From Marsupella aquatica (lineage: Eukaryota; Plantae; Marchantiophyta), in the NCBI GenBank assembly GCA_973895155.1, contig OZ316893.1, positions 20,816,955 to 20,880,954 on the forward strand: 64,000 nucleotides of DNA, written 5' to 3'. This document shows positions 59,688 to 64,000 of this stretch, in pieces; the first letter of the stretch is position 1, and each line of letters starts with the position of its first letter. The notes below the pieces were generated by a model. The model was not told the DNA's origin. It was given only the letters and a program-made list of their open reading frames with translations, and did not search any database. Made by a program: the position numbers and the translations under genes.

Positions 59688-61135
59688 ATGGAAGAGACAA
59701 AGATTCAGCCGGAACAAACAGTCAGAGAGCCGGGACAAGCAAAGGTCACAGCTGATGAGCCTGAACAACCAACAGCCTCTTCCCATGAGGTGAAACAAAC
59801 AACAATCCTTATGGGAGTATCTCAGTCCACCAGAGGCTATCCGCACCCATCTCAGAGCAGCCTCCATGCTCTGGAATGGGTCTTGCAAAAGCTCATCGGA
59901 AAGCAAAGTAGTAGCCACTTCAAGCTGCAAATTGTGCACGTCAAAGTACCGGATGCAGATGGTAATCCATACCTTATCCGTTCCTTCTTCACTCTAATGC
60001 GTCAGATGACAATGTGATCTTTAGACTGCTGGGTTAGCTCCTTACAGAAAGTTTTTCGTCATGAGGATCGAATTGTCGACGGCATTCAGGTCTGAGCAGA
60101 ATGATGCTCTCAGAAGGATGTGACAGAATTTAGTATAAGGTTGCAGGTTGAGGATATCCACCCATCTGGGATTGGGCACCTTCGATGACTAAGAAACTCA
60201 GTTTTCCCTTCCAATCACAGGTACAGATGAAGTTGATAGCCTCTACGCAACTTGTGCTGACTTTGATGCGGCCAAAAGAAAGGGCATGAAGAAAAGTCTA
60301 CAATTGCTAGAAGGTTTCGTGAAGAAATGCAAAGAAGCTGAGGTAAGCCATTCCAACTACGTTCTTCTCCTGTCGTCTTTGCTTCAGAAGAAACAGGTAG
60401 AACTTCTTTCAGCTGGGTTATTCCTACGAGGACGTTAAACTTAGTGAAGTGAGGAATTTTTGGGAGTATACTCATTCATATGACCCTTATAACAGAGGTC
60501 CTGGCATTGACAAAGATGAGGATGTCATAAAATCATACCTCCTCTCAGTCCGTTCATTCTCAGGATGATACTACGATTTTCCACTCAAAGCTGGTGCACT
60601 TCTCATGGCTGCAATATGTCACCTAGCCTGCTACTTGGTTTCTCCAGGTACCTGTTGAAGGATGGGTAAAAGCTGGAGACCCAAGAGAAGTCATTTGTGC
60701 AGAAGTCTTGAGGGTAAAGCCTGACCTGTTGATTCTGGGAAGCAGGGGACTTGGACTATTGCAACGGTAAGTCTTTTGGATGCTAGGTCACCTAGCACTC
60801 ATCATCTGACTTCACAGTCAATTTCCAGCTCCCCAAAGCCTGGTGCCAGCCCTTGATTATTAAAGAATGCGTGCTTTGAAAGGTTTTTGGGTACGTTGAG
60901 CACCTTCCGCAATGAAACGTATATGTTTGACCAAATATTTTATGTTTTACTTGTCCTACAATGCGTGTAAACTGGTGTTTTCGTATATACGTCAATTGAC
61001 CTCCCCCTTTCACTATTTCATCACAGGACTTTTGTTGGCGGAGTTAGCAGTTTCTGTGCAAAGCACGTGGACTGCCCAGTGCTAATTATCAAACGCAAGC
61101 CTGAAGACATGCCTGACGATGCAAGTGAGGATTAG
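59688..61135 (+). CDS. Universal stress protein A-like protein, 4 coding exons
   Basis: Exons 59688-59961, 60221-60342, 60648-60766, 61027-61135. Motifs ALEWVL, GDPREVIC, LILGSRGLG..R.FVGGVS.FC..H..CPVLIIKR. Probable 5'UTR intron 58516-59655. Confidence 0.93.
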
Positions 61136-62668
61136 TGCTTCTATCGCCACGAATAATCACCAGTCCGGGTCAAGTTTGATTTCACTTTGTGAATACAAAT
61201 GTGAGCAATATGTGTTTGGCTAGAATCACTGAAGGTACATCTTCAGTTGTACAGGGTTGATTCTAGCTATTATTCTTATAGAACGTGAATGTCTTGTAGC
61301 ATCCGTTTTATTCTCCATCAAACTCTGGTATTCATACTTCCTGAAAATACCATGGTTGGATCCCTTCAACCTTCATAACTTGTCTATTACAAAATTTAAA
61401 TAAAATTGGGAGCATTCCATTCGAAGGGAGTCACGGTTGGTGGTGCAGTTTCTGGAGTAACACAGATCAAGTCCTGCCACGTAGAGCAAAGAGATCGCAC
61501 TAAGTTCCTCAGCAAGGTTGGGCATTGTTACTCCTTCTGCAGCACCTCTAAAAAGTATTTTCTATACATTTAAGAAGAGCATCCGAACAGCAACAGTCGT
61601 CGTTTGATGTTAACTGCACAAATCCTTGCATCAGACGTCAAGTCTTGGAATTTAGGAATATAGCTCGACTGTTGGAAGAGTGTGGGGTCAGAAAAGAAAA
61701 CGGTTGCAACTTAATGTACGAAAAACCCGAGTTTTAAGAATGATTGATCTCTCAGGAACAAAATGCCCTTCTCTGCTTTACATATCTGTTTTCTCAATTG
61801 ATGTGGATTGATGTGGGTGGCAGGTTGCTTGCAGTCGATACTTTTAGATGCTATCTAGAGGTCTGGTGAAGGAATTGAGCGCGGGGGAGGTTGATTTTCC
61901 GGGGTTCAATTTATCAGTGTTCTAGTCGAAATACTTTAACCAACCTCTGCTGACATGAAATTCTCATGCAGCAATTGTTCTAGAGAAGGAAGATTCAGGT
62001 GTGATAGACGAAGACACTAATCCGCTCATTCCACCTGCACTTGAGGTGCACAGTGATTTGGCTCTGTATGACGTACAGAAACCACAGAAGGAACGCCGAA
62101 CCCTCTGTTACTATTACCTTGATCGTGCAGACCTTGCTTCTCTGGATGGACACTATTTCAATAATGGCATCCTAATGAGCTTTTGCAAGCAATTGGCAGT
62201 ACCATGCGAAAGAAAATAAGATTGGAAGACTCCGTGAAACAGTAAGTAATTTCTCAATGATACTTAATACTGTTCCATGGATAGAGCAGCTTTAGTCTTT
62301 GCTTGAGGAGATGGAGTCACACCAAGAATGTGACTGGCGCCGTTCAGGGGGCTCCAGTCGCATTGAACAACATACGGTAAAAACCTCACATCGCGGCTGG
62401 GTGATATATTGCGATTCATCTCTCAAAGGAACGGTTCCAAATTCTGTCCACATCCCAGTGTCGAGCAGCATCCTTGCCACCTCCGTATCGAGTAGCACAT
62501 TGGCCAGCCTCCGCCAGACCGCTCTCTAATCTCTCCACCGAAAAAGCATCTGGAACCACATCTATCATTGCTTCAGGAAAGGATCTGCAGAGGTGAACTC
62601 AACGTATCCAGAATCTCTTCGAAATTCTTACCCAGCATACGGAAGCCCTTCTTCTTTCGGAACCGTGT

Positions 62669-62857
62669 CTATCGCGAATGAGGGTCACTATCACCACCTC
62701 GGCCTCCAGGCTTGCGGTAATGCTCCTCTATATGCTTAGCGATGAAGTAGCCTGTGCTGAACAGTGCCTGGATGTTTGGCACCCAATAGTTTTGTGCAAT
62801 ATACACTCCAAACATGGTTCCTAGCGTAAATGAGAGGCTGCTCCGGATGATAGGCAT
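62669..62857 (-). CDS. STMP1/DUF4535-family short transmembrane mitochondrial protein, 62 aa
   Basis: MPIIRSSLSFTLGTMFGVYIAQNYWVPNI...EEHYRKP matches the family signature G.Y.AQNY.VPN. Confidence 0.85.
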   Translation of the reverse strand: MPIIRSSLSFTLGTMFGVYIAQNYWVPNIQALFSTGYFIAKHIEEHYRKPGGRGGDSDPHSR

Positions 62858-63702
62858 TGGAATCTCCAACTCGTGACAAGCCTCAACCCTACTCAATTTC
62901 CCTCCCACTGTTAAAGCTCTTGGGTGCGAAACCACTGGAAGGCAGAACGGCTCCCGACTACTAAATCAAGAGCGCTCCACAATAATTGCTCCATCTTGAC
63001 AACATTCATTGACGGCAACCCAATCCAATCCAAACCCTGCATTTTCAAAAGAATGGGTTGTCATTAGCAGGTTCACCGCATCCTCTGCTGCACATGCATC
63101 CACTCAAATCACGGTAACTGATTCGCAAACTGCTGCGGAAAGAAATCATTCCAGCTTCAAAATCGAGTCACAAGCACTGCAGGACATTCAAGACATCCGA
63201 AGGTGTATTCTAGGAAATTCATTATGGCCTCTTCGCCGGCAACTCACCAGAAGCTGAAGCACGGCACTCTCTTGGCAATACTCGTCTCCGCTCACCCTTC
63301 TTCAGCTCCAGTCTATCCATCGCCCATCTTCCGGATGATAAGAAATGTGCACACAATCCCCGGAATTTGTAGAAGAGAAAGTACAATGCTGCTCCTGCTC
63401 CGGCTTTAGGGTAACTTGCGTGACAAGTTTCCGAGGCGTCCAGAACAGGGAGAAAAACATAAGCAAGCCCCAGGTGTTGGGTTTAGGCTTTATCACACTG
63501 CTTCAAATGTAACATCGGAGAAACCTTCCTTTCGAGTGTCATTGTTTGTATTTCTGCTTATTTGTTTAATTCCGTTCGCCGTTCGAGTGTCGTGTCGTAC
63601 ACCGACCAGCTTTCATTATGGCGGGTACTTTTCATCTCAATACTCGTGAGCTCCATTCTTGTAACGGCGCGAATCGCTTATGTGGGAGGGGAGTTGGATT
63701 TA

Positions 63703-63918
63703 CAACTTTGCAAATGACTTCTCGATAGAAGTGAGCTCCGTAGCGAAGTTTCCCAATCAGCGGACATTAATATCGAAATCAAGGCTGGCCAGACAAAATA
63801 TGCGAGGTGCTTCGCAACTTTGCAAACGATTTCTCGAAAGAAGGGAGCTCCGTAAGGAAGTTTCACTATTCGTTAATATCGACATCAAGGCTGTCGGGAC
63901 AAGATATGCCAGGTGTTC
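63703..63918. repeat. ~110-bp diverged tandem duplication
   Basis: CAACTTTGCAAA.GA.TTCTCGA.AGAAG.GAGCTCCGTA..GAAGTTTC...TTAATATCGA.ATCAAGGCTG x2. Confidence 0.75.
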
Positions 63919-64000
63919 GTATGACCACACAGAAGATGCTACAGTTATAGCTCCATATGCTGATTGCTGCAGCATAATCGTCTGAAGGAAGCAGTTGTTG

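Overview
This is a eukaryotic nuclear window from a land plant, probably a non-seed plant or bryophyte (inferred from intron sizes, gene set and TE types; not provable here). Six host genes can be reconstructed by hand: a PRDA1 homologue (9 exons), a 59-aa three-exon metallothionein missed by the ORF track, a truncated plastid trigger factor (TIG2-like, with a 14-nt micro-exon), a class-3 lipase, a USP-A-like protein and a single-exon STMP1/DUF4535 micropeptide. Transposons fill the gaps: a complete Copia element with apparently identical LTRs but a broken gag-pol, one frameshifted and one intact PIF/Harbinger element, MITEs and a solo LTR. The main finding is a 5'-truncated Ty3/Gypsy element (4834-10453, minus strand). 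Its polyprotein carries a DNMT3-like C5-cytosine methyltransferase upstream of RT and a PHD finger at the integrase C-terminus, i.e. a DNA-methylation writer and a histone reader in one element. This layout is only visible after removing two nested insertions with 8-bp TSDs and repairing a frameshift. All coordinates and alignments were done by eye; no database searches were run.
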